Shown: positions 10,901-21,607 of the stretch, in pieces
How the letters are laid out: each line of letters begins with the position of its first letter
Numbering within the stretch: position 1 is the stretch's first letter
The notes under the pieces: model-generated
The model's database searches: none
What the model was told of the DNA's origin: nothing
What the model saw: the letters and a program-made list of their open reading frames with translations, nothing else
Assembly: GCA_054600435.1 (NCBI GenBank)
Contig: BAAIJX010000001.1
Span: 186,001 to 250,000 of the forward strand
Direction: 5' to 3'
Source: Neophaeotheca triangularis
Lineage: Eukaryota
Length of the DNA stretch: 64,000 nucleotides
Program-made: the position numbers and the translations under genes

Positions 10901-13415
10901 CGTGTTTGCGCTTCTTAGCATCGTTAAATGTACACATCAGATCCCCCTTCTTGGCAGCTTGTACGAGACTGGATTTGTTGGAGAGGGCAATGTGGTGGCT
11001 CCGCGCAAGCTTGTCCAACACGACAAGATTGCTCAACGTCTGGCCGACGCGAATCTGTTTGAGAGCCTTTTCAGCCTTGGACGTCGAGCCATCAGCCAGC
11101 TGACCGACTCTCAAGAGCCCCTTGAGGCCACCTTCGAGGTCGATCATGATGGCTTCTTCGCTCTTCTCCGTCACAGTACCGCTCATGAGCTTGCCGCCTG
11201 TGGTGCTTTCCCAGGCAGCCTCCTGCTCGGGACCAAAGTCACCCGCGTTCTTGCAGCTGACCTTCATTTCTTGTGCCGAGGAATAAACGCTGACTATCCT
11301 AACGTTAACAGTCTGTCCGGTTCGGAAATGCTGCTCTGGCTTCTCGATGAAAGTGTCGCTCATCTCGGCTACGGGCAACCACGCGCGAACATTGCCAAAG
11401 AATTGCACCGCAGCACCCGACTTATGTAGACTCGCGATCGTCCCCTTGCTCTCCATTCCAGGCTCCAAAATGGCGTAATCCTTGAACATAGGCGTGGCAT
11501 CATCAGCATTGACGAGACTTTTCTTGAGGGTTAGCCTGACTTGACGCTTGTCGAAATCAACGCTAAGCACCTTTGCTTTGACTGGAAACCCTTCACGGAA
11601 CTTGCGTTCGGGGTGTTGTAGCTGAACGTCAGACAAATGCATCTCCGGTACTAGCCCAGTGATGCTGTCTGACAGTTTTACCAGCACACCAGTGATGCCC
11701 TTGGAACCACCAAGGATTAGTCGGTCTACCGTGCCCTTGACGTCTTCCCCCACAGTGAGATCCTCGAGCCGCAAGAAAGACTGTTCAAGGGTGCTGTTCT
11801 TCATGGAAACGTAGTAGAGAGCATCCACAGGGTTGTAGCTGATGATGCGGATTCGGTGCGTAGAATCCAGCTTGAAAGCGCCAGTGGTAGAGGATAGAGA
11901 ATCAATTCGGTCGTCGGAGACTTGACTAATATGCGAAAAGCAGTTCTTTCCCGGTTTCGTGCGGTCGGACGAGGGCGTTGTTAGATACAAACCCCTCTCA
12001 GGCACAACGTCTGTCACCTTTGCGTCTTCGATGATGGATGATAGAGGTAAGTGGTTGTCAAGATCCTTGGCCAGAGACCTCAGCTGTGCGCTGGCGTTCT
12101 CTACAAGCATTTCAGAGGAGGGCGGAAGTACAAGCAGGTGGTCCAGCAAACTAGCGCCAATTTTCCTGCGTCCATCATCGGTTGGCGTCGCCCAGATAAG
12201 TCGGGCTTTCGTCTTGGAGCCAATTTTGTACTTCTTGCTCAGGTCCTCTTCTCTCCCTGAATGCAGCAAGTCCGCAGTTATGTCGAGCATCCCCATAACT
12301 TTGCCAACCAATCCTGATGGCCCAGCCTCGGTCACCAAAATGTCGACAGCTGTACCAGGCAAAAAAGCATCGATTGTGGGCGCTTCACTGACCGTTGGTG
12401 CCTGCTTTCCGCCAAATTTGGCTGAGAAGCGGCTGGCATCAGGGGACAGCTTTAGCACCTTACCATTGCTGCCTTTGCCAGTGACCATGCACATGAGGAC
12501 TTGTCCCTCCTGCAGCTTCTCCGGGTCAAACGCACCGAGCTCTTTTTTGCTGATAAAACCCTTGACAGATTCGTCCGCCAGCCCAAGGTCCATGACCACA
12601 CCGTGATCCTCAACACTCCTGACGCTTGCCTGAAGCATGCTGTTGACAACGACACTTTCAGCGGCGAGACCTCCATTGGCTTGCTGTGGGTCGATGCTCA
12701 ACTCAATATGGCGTTTGCTCTTGCCATCTGAAGAATCGGAGCCCGTGCCAATGACACTCGCGCGAAGCCATTGGCCAATGTGGAACAGTTCCTTCAAATT
12801 GAGGTCTTCGTCCTCATCGTCCTCGTCGTTGTCAGCATCTCCAGCCAGCATGCTCTCGATGCGAGCATTGAGTCGGGCCGAAATCGCGGTGATGGGAGCG
12901 TATCCGGTCAGGTTGTTCGGAAGAGCCAAGGCAACGTCTCGACCAGTAATTGCAGTCACTCGTCCAAGAACGGAGCTACCCACGACCAGGTTCTTGTAGC
13001 TTAGTCCTTGAATCTTCACACCAGAACCCTCTACCTTGTCGGTTCCTTTAGAGGCTTTGCTCTTCTGCTTCCGTTGCTTCTTCGCTTGGTTCGCAGCGGC
13101 CTGATCGAAAAGATCCTCCTCGCCCTCATCGGTCTTGGCTGCCTTGCCGCCGTTCTCCTGCTCAAAAAGCGCATCCCTCTCGGCCTCAAGCTTGATTTGC
13201 TTGTGCTCCAAAGGCGTCAGGACGCTGGCGCCACCTCGAGGAAACGCCCGCTCTTCCTGTTGCAATATCGAGTTTGCGACAGTCTTTCGTCCGGCGTCTG
13301 AATCTTTGCCTTCTTTGGGAGCCGATTTCTTGTCGCTCTTTTCGCTTCTTTCCCCCTCTTTGACCTTTTTACTCGGTCGCTCGTCCGTGACGGCCTTGCG
13401 CTTGATTGGCGCCAT
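7977..13415 (-). CDS. RRP5: rRNA biogenesis protein Rrp5 (multiple S1 domains plus C-terminal HAT/TPR repeats)
   Basis: Intronless ~1810 aa. FPRGGASVLTPLEHKQI N-terminal motif, repeated S1 motifs, DFERQLLGQPNNSGLWIQYMAFQLQL HAT region. Start at MAPIKRK (13415). Confidence 0.97.
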   Translation of the reverse strand: MAPIKRKAVTDERPSKKVKEGERSEKSDKKSAPKEGKDSDAGRKTVANSILQQEERAFPRGGASVLTPLEHKQIKLEAERDALFEQENGGKAAKTDEGEEDLFDQAAANQAKKQRKQKSKASKGTDKVEGSGVKIQGLSYKNLVVGSSVLGRVTAITGRDVALALPNNLTGYAPITAISARLNARIESMLAGDADNDEDDEDEDLNLKELFHIGQWLRASVIGTGSDSSDGKSKRHIELSIDPQQANGGLAAESVVVNSMLQASVRSVEDHGVVMDLGLADESVKGFISKKELGAFDPEKLQEGQVLMCMVTGKGSNGKVLKLSPDASRFSAKFGGKQAPTVSEAPTIDAFLPGTAVDILVTEAGPSGLVGKVMGMLDITADLLHSGREEDLSKKYKIGSKTKARLIWATPTDDGRRKIGASLLDHLLVLPPSSEMLVENASAQLRSLAKDLDNHLPLSSIIEDAKVTDVVPERGLYLTTPSSDRTKPGKNCFSHISQVSDDRIDSLSSTTGAFKLDSTHRIRIISYNPVDALYYVSMKNSTLEQSFLRLEDLTVGEDVKGTVDRLILGGSKGITGVLVKLSDSITGLVPEMHLSDVQLQHPERKFREGFPVKAKVLSVDFDKRQVRLTLKKSLVNADDATPMFKDYAILEPGMESKGTIASLHKSGAAVQFFGNVRAWLPVAEMSDTFIEKPEQHFRTGQTVNVRIVSVYSSAQEMKVSCKNAGDFGPEQEAAWESTTGGKLMSGTVTEKSEEAIMIDLEGGLKGLLRVGQLADGSTSKAEKALKQIRVGQTLSNLVVLDKLARSHHIALSNKSSLVQAAKKGDLMCTFNDAKKRKHVVGFVRNITPEGIYTEFANGVVGLVPKTQIASNMVGQPAFGLHKDQTVRAWVAGVDEARQRFTLSMREQTDEPSVNERSQSNKPTASLTNPVDPSIKTSADLTLGRVTKARIASIKGTQLNMRLADGVLGRIDASQVFDRWEDITNKRQPLQQFKPNEVLDVKVLGMYDSRNHRFLPISHRNNTNPVFELSAKKSDVTGPGKVLESMTDIAVGATYVAFVNNHSDGCVWVNLSPNVRGRVALMDLSDDAGALQNLNKSFPIGCALRVTVKAVDASANRLDLNARSGTTDGPLTIQNLTPNSVVPGRITKITERAVTVQLSDTLAGPVPLVELADDFSKVDTSSYEKNDIVRVCVLAVDRPNKKFFLSLRPSRVLSSSLPVADKSITKADQISAGDIVRGFVKHVADKGVFVSIGANVDAHVRVSDLSDQYVKDWKALFEVDQLVTGRVVTVQAESGHVQMSLKKSHVDKDYKPPIGISDLEVGMIITGKVRKVEDFGAFVDIDNTQPRVSGLCHRSEVAAKRIEDVRKLYSAGDVVKAKVLNIDVEKRKISLGLKASYFKDAAEEDEDEDEEDVDEEMESASDDEDMGVDVDGDEEGGVDLREVQSADSEDEVLNPDAMDVDEPSAATNGLGLKTSGFDWAGNNLDTADNAASDSEPDTAATKKRKRTKPEIKADLTGELDKYGPRSTSDFERQLLGQPNNSGLWIQYMAFQLQLSETQKARDIASRALRTIHIRETEEKGNIWIAWLNLEVEYGSSESVEDVFKNACQVQDPLEMHEKLASIYIDSGKHDAADNIFQAMLRNKTFRASPDIWLNFATFLLSTLNSPSRARALLPEALKSIPMTEHRPLTAKFAALEFHSPHGDPEHGRTIFENLVTEWPKWSSGWDQYVDLERSRLAAATTAEAKKEQQGRVRALFERMAKRKMKKRMARFLFKRWLEFEEAVGEQKGIERVKALAQEYVEREQAGKGADEEE

Positions 13416-13602
13416 GTTTGTTGCGCGGAAGATAAGGCGAGTCGGTATTGTAAGTTTCCAGAAGCGGCTTGCAGCATCCAAGTCCCAAAGCTTTCGAGGT
13501 TCCTTCGGCTTTCACTTTCGTCTAGAAATTTAATGCCAAGATTTCTCAGCCGCGGAGCCAAAGCTCTCGCTCGTTCCCGCCACTAGTCTCCGAATGGCTG
13601 GG

Positions 13603-13622
13603 ACGCGTCTGGAAAGACGCGT
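13603..13622. promoter_or_regulatory. Tandem MCB (MluI cell-cycle box) elements upstream of CDT2
   Basis: ACGCGT at 13603-13608 and 13617-13622, about 160-180 bp before the CDT2 ATG. cdt2 is an established MBF target in fission yeast. Confidence 0.7.
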
Positions 13623-13779
13623 TAATTGAATCGCCTTCCTTCGCAACGCTCGCTCGACTCTGGTCACTTCTGGCGTCTTGCCACCTGCAACCTACGCATT
13701 CTGTATCTGTACGTTTGAGCGTCGCTTCTGCTGTTACATCTGCTTTTCTATACCCTCTCTGACATTCTCAAGCCACAAC

Positions 13780-15861
13780 ATGGACGAGCCACCCTTCTTC
13801 TCGTCCCAGGGAAGTCAAGTCGACCCTCACCACCCGCGTCCAATCCTCCCAGATCAGGAGAATATAGCTTCGTCGCCTCTCCGAGCACGCACCACTGGTT
13901 ATCAACATGACAGCGGGAAGCTCAAGAAGGCCCCTACAGTCACACCGAAACGATTCAACAAATTCTTCGCGCCAAGGGACACATTTGCGAGCAGAGGGAC
14001 CGGTCAGAGCAAGGCTGGGAGGCAGCTGAAGGATATTACTCGAGGAGGTGCAAACCGCAGAAAGAACGAAGCCACGGATCTCTTTGCAGGCATCAACAAA
14101 GACGTTCAAGATGAGGATGCGGCTCCCCCGGCCAAAAGACGCAAGCACAGCTTCGACCTTGCAAGCTCGCCACCTCTCTCATCACCGCTTCGGCGAGTGC
14201 GGACGAAAGACTCGGTGCATGTTCACGAAGATGTACCCACCTCACCAACTCTCTCAGCCGTCGACAGCGACCTACCGGAACTTCTCGAAAACCTCCAACC
14301 CTTCCCAAAGCCCATCCAGCGATTCCAAAAGACTGGCCTGAACCGCCGTATCCTTGAGCGTAGCTTTGGTGGGTTCGACGCAACATCTCGCGGATGGAGA
14401 GGCCCCGATCATTGCGCAGACTGGCGCTCGGAGACGGCAAACTTCTACACAACGCCCACCGACTCACATGTTTACAACACACACCGAGCACTGCCGTTCT
14501 GTACGACCAGCTGCAACACAAATTCGCTGGTGGCCATAGGAGATGAGCAAGGTCATGTTCGCATGGTCGATTCTGCGCCCACGGCCGATTTCTCTCAGAC
14601 TCACGTATCTTTCAAACCGCATCGCAATGCAATCATGGACATTACTATGAGTTCAGACGACATGCTTCTTGCAACTTCTAGTGGTGATCAGACTGCAAGG
14701 ATCGTCGACATGCCTACCCAACGAACGAAGTACGTTCTCACCGGTCACACAGCAAGTGCGAAACAAGTACGCTTCTGGCCGAACGACAACAATCTCGTCA
14801 CAACATCAGCTAGAGATGGTAGTGTGCAGATCTGGGACTTGCGGTGCTCTGCCAAGGGCGCAGCGCAATCGTCCCTTCACCCCTCAAACTATACAGGAGA
14901 CGCTCGTCACTACACGCAGACTCTCTACTCTAAAGACACACTGCGAGTTGGCCATGCTTTCAAAGGTTCGAGATTGAGTTTTGCGGGTAGTATCGCTCCT
15001 CAAGACGAAGCCGTCGGCATCTCCATCACCTCTGTCCATCACCTCGGGCAAGGACGTGACCACCTGCTTCTCACAGCAAGCGAAACGCACGCAAGCATCA
15101 AGTTGTGGGATCTCCGCAACACAGGGCGCAGAGGCATTGCTACACCCGTGTCGAGCACCCTCGTCCCAGAAGCTCACAAAACCACCCGCAATTACGGCGT
15201 CAACGCCATCGCCATGTCCGGTGACGGCGGTAGATTGTACGCCTCATGCCGTGATTCCACCGTCTACGCCTACTCCGCCAGTCATCTCATTCTAGGCTCT
15301 GCCCCCGAGATGGCCCTCTCAGGAACTGCTCGCAGGCCAGGGAGAGATTCAAAAGCGGGAATAGGTCCACTTTACGGTTTTCGACACCCAGCATTTCGTA
15401 CTGGCAGTTTCTATATCAAGATGGCTCTACGCAAAGCTAAAGGCGACAAGGGCGAAATGCTCGCGGTCGGCAGTACGGACTGCAGTCCCGTTATCATTCC
15501 GACCGACGAACGCTATCTCCCACGCTATCAAGAACCCCACGCAGAGCAGATGGAGGAAGACGATGGCGAGCTGCCCTCGGTCTCTGGAAGTTTCCGAGAG
15601 GCTCGCGAGCCTGCCGCGCCTACGATTCCAATCTACCAAACCGCTACGCCTTTGGTGAGAGCTCACAAGAAGGAGGTCACGTCACTGGCTTGGTCACATG
15701 ACGGCGCACTTGTGAGCGTTAGTGACGACTTCACGGTTAGGTGTTGGCGCGAAGACCAGAACAAGGCGCGCAACCTCAGGGGCTGTGGTGAGGGAGGAGG
15801 TATGAGGTGGGGATGTGGGTGGGCAGATGTTGACCCGATTTGGGATGAGGATGAGTGTTGA
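13780..15861 (+). CDS. CDT2: WD40 DCAF substrate receptor Cdt2/DTL of the CRL4 ubiquitin ligase
   Basis: VAIGDEQGHV, PHRNAIMD, ATSSGDQTARI, GHTASAKQVRF, IKLWDLR, SFYIK and HKKEVTSLAW motifs. Start at MDEPP (13780). Confidence 0.88.
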   Translation: MDEPPFFSSQGSQVDPHHPRPILPDQENIASSPLRARTTGYQHDSGKLKKAPTVTPKRFNKFFAPRDTFASRGTGQSKAGRQLKDITRGGANRRKNEATDLFAGINKDVQDEDAAPPAKRRKHSFDLASSPPLSSPLRRVRTKDSVHVHEDVPTSPTLSAVDSDLPELLENLQPFPKPIQRFQKTGLNRRILERSFGGFDATSRGWRGPDHCADWRSETANFYTTPTDSHVYNTHRALPFCTTSCNTNSLVAIGDEQGHVRMVDSAPTADFSQTHVSFKPHRNAIMDITMSSDDMLLATSSGDQTARIVDMPTQRTKYVLTGHTASAKQVRFWPNDNNLVTTSARDGSVQIWDLRCSAKGAAQSSLHPSNYTGDARHYTQTLYSKDTLRVGHAFKGSRLSFAGSIAPQDEAVGISITSVHHLGQGRDHLLLTASETHASIKLWDLRNTGRRGIATPVSSTLVPEAHKTTRNYGVNAIAMSGDGGRLYASCRDSTVYAYSASHLILGSAPEMALSGTARRPGRDSKAGIGPLYGFRHPAFRTGSFYIKMALRKAKGDKGEMLAVGSTDCSPVIIPTDERYLPRYQEPHAEQMEEDDGELPSVSGSFREAREPAAPTIPIYQTATPLVRAHKKEVTSLAWSHDGALVSVSDDFTVRCWREDQNKARNLRGCGEGGGMRWGCGWADVDPIWDEDEC

Positions 15862-16822
15862 GTGCGCTCACACTCGGGAGCGGCTTTCACGGCACGTAGT
15901 AGCTCTGAGTTGGATAGCACGTTACGATAGCTGCTAGTGTCGCTGCTATTCCGATACATTGGATTCGAAGCTTGCACGTGATCACGCGTTCGGGAGACCC
16001 ACTTTGCCAAATCTAAAGACGACTGGACTTCATCTCGACCTTGACTTGGAATCTTTTTTCCTAACATACAAAAACATAACGTGATAGGGCCAGATACCGC
16101 TAGCCACGAATACCTGCAGTAGCCATGATACCCAAGAGCGACCAAGGTAGGTAAGGCAAAGACATACGTCCCGCAACTGGAGAGCCGCAGGGAGTCGCCC
16201 TTTCGGCGCAGTAGCAAGCATAAATACTCCAGCCCTCCCACGCCCTTCTCTCATCAAGCTTCCGTACCTTCTCACCACGTAAAAATACTTCCAAGGCACT
16301 CTCTCAGGGCCACCATCCTATCAGATCACGACCACCCGCTCAGCCAAGCTCGTCGCCTTTTTGCGAACGCCTCGCTTTCAAGCAACCGCATCCTGAGCCG
16401 TCAGCATCGCTGCCCAACGCCGCGCCCAACACGACTTGACCACATATGCCAGGTTACTTCGGTACTACCGCCCAGGAGGCTTGACAGGATCTGATTGATT
16501 GAGAGATGACGATTCAGGCTTCCAGGCTACTGTGGACCAGGCTGTTACATGACCTACACGTGTAGTGGGCATCATCAAGATCGGGTTCGAGTCTCCGTCC
16601 ATGCCGATCTTCCGGAAGTAAGTTTCACCACATTGACACTGTAGTCGAACGATGTTTCACACGAGAATAATCTTCCGTCGGCAATTGCAATTTCAGTTGC
16701 AGAAACGGTGGATAGCCAACGTACTCCGATACCGGCTCCATGCTCAGGGTCTGGAGAGATTGGCAACACAAGCCAGCAAATATCAACATGGGACATAAGG
16801 ACCAGAGGCCTCGAAACCCGGG

Positions 16823-17156
16823 TTCTGCTGCCTGACTACACTCGGACCGAGCCCTTCATCGTAACTTTGAGCTGCAACGCCACATCCGACAAAAGCATGG
16901 CGCGAAGACGTTCTACACATGTCCAAAGACAAACTGCTTCCAGAAGCAGAGTCGGGAAGGCTTTGTCCGCAAGGACAAGTTCATGGAGTACCTGAGGATC
17001 CAACACGCGCGAGGAGATCTGTTACTACTACAATACGCCGCCCAAAATTCTCCCCCTTTCCCCAACTCTGCATACCATGCCGTTTTCGACGACTTGAGCG
17101 CCGTCGAGGTCGCACGAGTTGTTACCGCCGATATCGAAGCCGCCATCTCCACCTGA
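16823..17156 (+). pseudogene. Decayed two-finger C2H2 zinc-finger gene relic
   Basis: Joining frames gives FC/PDYTRTEPF/RNFELQRHIRQKH-GAKTFYT-CPKTNC-FQKQSREGFVRKDKFMEYLRIQH. This needs frameshifts near 16829 and 16858; Tyr sits at one Cys and one His ligand position. Stop at 17154-17156. Confidence 0.6.
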
Positions 17157-17841
17157 GAAGGGGCAGCACTCACAATGAGCTACGTCCTTAGTGCCAACGA
17201 AAGCGCTGAAGGCTCTTGGCTGTTCGGGCTCGTTCTTCCAACATGGCTCAGTTGCACCGAATGCGATTTATTTTGTTGGTAGGCTTGACGTACTTGATTG
17301 TGGACGCTAGAGTAGACTGCCTAAGTAATGGACTGAAAAGACACGGCGATACCAAACAGGAAACCATTCTTCGGTCATCAGATACTTTTCGGATTATTGA
17401 TTCGATTTCCTTGGTGCACCCAATGATCTCCTAAGTAATCGTATGACTTTGCTTCAAACACGTATATTAACACAATGAATCACGTTTCGTCTGAGCAAGG
17501 AGCTAGAGTCGAGTTTGTCTATACAACACTACAGAATCAAAAAAACGCCGAGCTATGCAAATTTATGCCTCACCCTGACCAGCAAGTCATTTTGACAAAG
17601 CTTCAAGGTTGTGCTACTAAAGGGGGTAAAGTACAGTGCAAATACATGTCGTCTCTTTCTCGGCCAAAGAGCGTGTCGAAGAAGGCGAGACTGGTATCCG
17701 TTATCTGTACAGGCGTTTCTCCATCTTACATGCCGTCCACTGCACCCCCCTCAACATGATTTCCGACTTGTGGTTTGAAATCCGCAGACAACAGAACTAA
17801 CAAAGTCTCTTTCCGCACCATTCCACTCTCGCTCAAATCTC

Positions 17842-19230
17842 TTACTCCATGATCCTAGTAACAAGACCAGTGGCAACAGTCCTACCGCCCTCACGAATGT
17901 TGAACCTCTGACCCTGCTCAACAGCCAAGGGCTTGTGAATCGAGCAAACCATCTCCACATTATCACCAGGCATGACCATCTTGCCGTCGGCCTCCTCAGA
18001 GCTGCCCTCGATCCAGTTCAAGCTGGCGGCCTCGTCGGCCGTCCTGATGAAAAGCTGCGGCTTGTAGTTGTTGCCGAAACCCGTGTGCCTGCCACCTTCT
18101 TCCTTGGTCAAGACGTACATGGAGACGAGGAACTTCTTGTGAGACTTGGTGGAGCCGGGCTTGGCAATGACCATACCGCGCTGCACGTCGTCGCGCTTGA
18201 CGCCACGGAGGAGGAGGCCGGAGTTATCTCCGGCGCGGGACTCGTCGCAGGATTTCTTGAACGTCTCGATGTCGGTAACCTTGGTCCTGATCGGAGCGGC
18301 GTTCTTGCCGACCAGCTCCACTTCAGAGTCCTTCTTCAGAGTACCGCGCTCGACACGGCCGGAGGCGACGGTGCCACGGCCGGGGATGGAGAAGACGTCC
18401 TCGACGGACATGAGGAAAGGCTTGGCGACGTCGCGCTCGGGTGTGGGGATCCATTCGTCGACGGCGTTGAGGAGGTCGTCGACCTTCTGGACACCAATCT
18501 CGGGCTGACGGCCTTCGATAGAGCAGAGAGCGGAGCCCAGGATGATAGGGGTCTCGTCGCCCTCGAAACCGTAAGTAGTGAGGAGTTCGCGCATTTCCAT
18601 CTCGACGAGCTCCAGCATTTCCTTGTCCTCGATCGCATCCACCTTGTTGACGAAGACTACTATCCTCTTGACACCGACTTGACGAGCGAGGAGCAAGTGT
18701 TCCCTGGTCTGAGGCATTTGACCGTCCGAAGCGGCGACGACAATGATGGCGCCGTCCATGGATGCAGCACCTGTGATCATGTTCTTGATGTAATCGGCGT
18801 GACCGGGGCAGTCAACGTGGGCGTAGTGGCGGTGGTCGGTTTGGTATTCGATGTGGGCGGTGGAGATGGTGATACCACGCTTGCGCTCTTCAGGCGCCTT
18901 GTCGATGGAGCCATATTCGAGGTAGGAGGCGTAACCCTTTTCGGCTTGACGCTTCGTTATGGCTGCTGTGAGGGTGGTCTTGTGATGAGGGGTTAGTTCC
19001 GTGATTGTGTTGACCGTAGGGGATCAGGTGCGGTATACCTTTCCGTGATCGACGTGGCCAATGGTACCGATGTTGACGTGAGGCTTGCTGCGCTCAAAAG
19101 CGGTGGCATAACTTCTCGAGGCGTTGACGAACTGTGCCTGTCCCCTGTTTCCGAGGGCGAAGGAGACGGGGCTCGAGGATTGGGTGCGCAGAGCGCGGGA
19201 GGTCTGAATGAAAGTACGAGCGAACGACAT
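17842..19230 (-). CDS. TUF1: Mitochondrial translation elongation factor EF-Tu
   Basis: Arg/Ser-rich presequence, [22 protein letters not shown] across intron 19038-18979, [12 protein letters not shown] and REGGRTV motifs. Confidence 0.97.
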
Positions 19231-19390
19231 GGCTACTGCTGTACACCCAACACCGCAAGCAGATGGAGATGAAGAGAGAAGAGAGGGTTAATGGCGGCGA
19301 CGATGGTGTGCAACTTGGTGGTCCGCATTCTCCTACCGCAACGCCTCGAGAAATCTTTGGTGGTCAGTGCTGGAGGTAATCAGGATGGGA

Positions 19391-19398
19391 TCACGTGA
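19391..19398. promoter_or_regulatory. Palindromic E-box TCACGTGA (Cbf1/bHLH-type) in the TUF1-EHD3 bidirectional promoter
   Basis: Exact palindrome in a ~500-bp head-to-head intergenic region. Function is inferred only. Confidence 0.4.
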
Positions 19399-19732
19399 CG
19401 CTATTTCCACTTCCCATGCGGCGACTATCTCCTTCGGGAAGGCATGCCTATATCGACCTCGACACCACTAGACCTCCTTATTGGTCATCTGGACGCTCTT
19501 TTGGTAGTACTCGGGTACTATCGATACATACCTGTTCGCGACACACTCATCCGGACGAAAGAACAGGGTCTCTCAAAGAACAGCCGAGGTCTGCCGTTTC
19601 TCCAGCCCGTCTCCAATGAGATAGCACCGGAACTACACTTCACCTTTTATACCCTTTACCTCCCGCACCAGATTCCCAATGCTCTTGCAAACCTGCTCTA
19701 GGAGGCTCACAGCCCGGCCATCATCATTTGCC

Positions 19733-21326
19733 ATGCCTCTTCGAGCCAAGATTCTCGATCCAGCAATGGGTAGCAAGACCCGAAGCGTGAGCTCCCTCTT
19801 CCGCACCTCTCACGCCCAGCATTCGTTCGCTGACTGACCTTCAGCCTGATGGATAGTTTGCCTCTGCTACCGGCGATGAAATCAAAGAGCTACCCGGCGA
19901 CGAACCCAACGATGTCCTCTTCAACACCATCTACGGCCTGCGAACGATTGAGCTTAACCGCCCGAAGAAGCTCAATTCCCTCGATGGCTCAATGGCTCGT
20001 AAGATTGTGCCTCGCTTGAACGAATGGTCCAAATCCGGTCTCATCAGCGCCATTGTCATCAAGGGGTCTGGACGAGCCTTCTGCGCTGGTGGTGATGTGG
20101 CAGCTTTGGCAACGCAGAACCAGAACGGCAAGGAAGGGCAGCAGGCGAGCAAGGACTACTTCGCGCTGGAATACAAGCTCGACCACATGATTGCGACCTA
20201 TAACCAACCTTACGTTGCTTTCATGGACGGTATCACAATGGGTGGCGGTGTGGGACTGAGCGTGCATGCCCCCTTTCGGATAGCCACCGAGAATACCGTC
20301 TTCGCCATGCCGGAGAGCAACATTGGTTTCTTCCCAGATGTCGGCGCCAGCTTCTTCCTGCCGAGAATGGACGGCGAGCTAGGCACATACCTCGCTCTTA
20401 CTAGCGAGCAGCTCAAAGGCGTCAACGTCTTGTACGTCTTCACCTCCAGCCACTACCTTGCAACCCCATACTAACCCCCTCCCAGCTACTCCGGCATAGC
20501 AACCCACTACATTCACTCCACCTCCCTCCCGGACCTCGAAGCTCGCCTCTCGGAACTCACCTTCAAAGACCACAAGCCCCTCCAAGAGCGCCTCCAAATC
20601 ATCAACAGCACCATTGAGGAATTCTGTACCGGTCTCCCCCACGACCAACCCGCCGCGGCCCCCGTCGTCGGCAACGTCCGCACAGCCATCGACTACGTCT
20701 TCCAGCCCGCCAACACCCACCCACAAGAAATCCTCGACGCCCTGACCGGCCTCGAGAGGAGCGATAACGAAATGAATGCACCGCAGGAGATCAAAGACTG
20801 GGCGGCCAAGACCCGCAAAACCCTCCTCGCGCGCTCTCCGCTCTCCGTCCGCGTGGCGCTCAAACAACTCCGCGAAGGCGGAAGCTGGTCCATCGCCGAG
20901 ACTTTCAAGCGCGAACACGCCATCGCGTCGCGATTCATGGAACACCCTGACTTCGTAGAGGGCGTGTCGGCGCTCCTGATCCGCAAACCCAAGGAGACGC
21001 CCAAATGGTCCGCCAGCTCCTTCGACGAAGTCTCCGACAAGGAGGTCGATGATTTCTTTGATGTGGGGAAGCAGGACCAACCCCTGACGTTGCTGAATGG
21101 GACGGATTATAGGGATTATCCGCACGCTTGGATTGGGTTGCCGCGGGAGAGTGAGGTTCTGCAGTTTGTGAGGCAGGCGAGTGAGAGCAAGAACAAGGAA
21201 GATGTTATTAAGCATTTCGAGGCTCAGACAGATGGGAAGATGGGGGTGAGGGAGAAGGTTGGTGATGTTGTCGATCGCCGGTGTGTTATGGGGAGCACGG
21301 GGTTGAGTTTGACGAGGAATAATTAG
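19733..21326 (+). CDS. EHD3: Mitochondrial 3-hydroxyisobutyryl-CoA hydrolase (HIBCH/Ehd3; mitoribosomal mS47 in yeast)
   Basis: Three exons (about 19733-19786, 19857-20431, 20486-21326). LNRPKKLNSL, RAFCAGGDV, MDGITMGGGVGLSVH, FAMPESNIGFFPDVG and DFVEGVSALLI motifs. Confidence 0.92.
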
Positions 21327-21607
21327 ATTATTGTCTTGGGCAGTTAGGTGTTGAATTGTGTGTACAAAACAAATGCGATTGGCTTGATGGGATTCTGTAC
21401 TGTTTGAATGGTGTTTGTGGGTATAATATATATACTATCGACGCTCTGTTAATTCAACCAAGTGGCTCTATAGGAGACGAGTATTCAAGCTCACAAAAGA
21501 ACGCCTCGCTGCCAGCTTTTCGTAACTCATGTCCCTCCTGCATCAAACCAGTCTTTCTTCCAAACGCCAGTCTCCAGACTCCAGACCCCCCGTGCGTAGT
21601 AACCTGC

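Noticed and set aside
5821..13779. Long N-terminal extensions given by the ORF track for SWD2, RRP5 and CDT2
   Set aside because: They rely on GTG/TTG starts that are not standard in eukaryotes; downstream ATGs match the expected protein starts.
17935..18996. 353-aa plus-strand ORF
   Set aside because: Antisense shadow of the codon-biased TUF1; no independent motifs.
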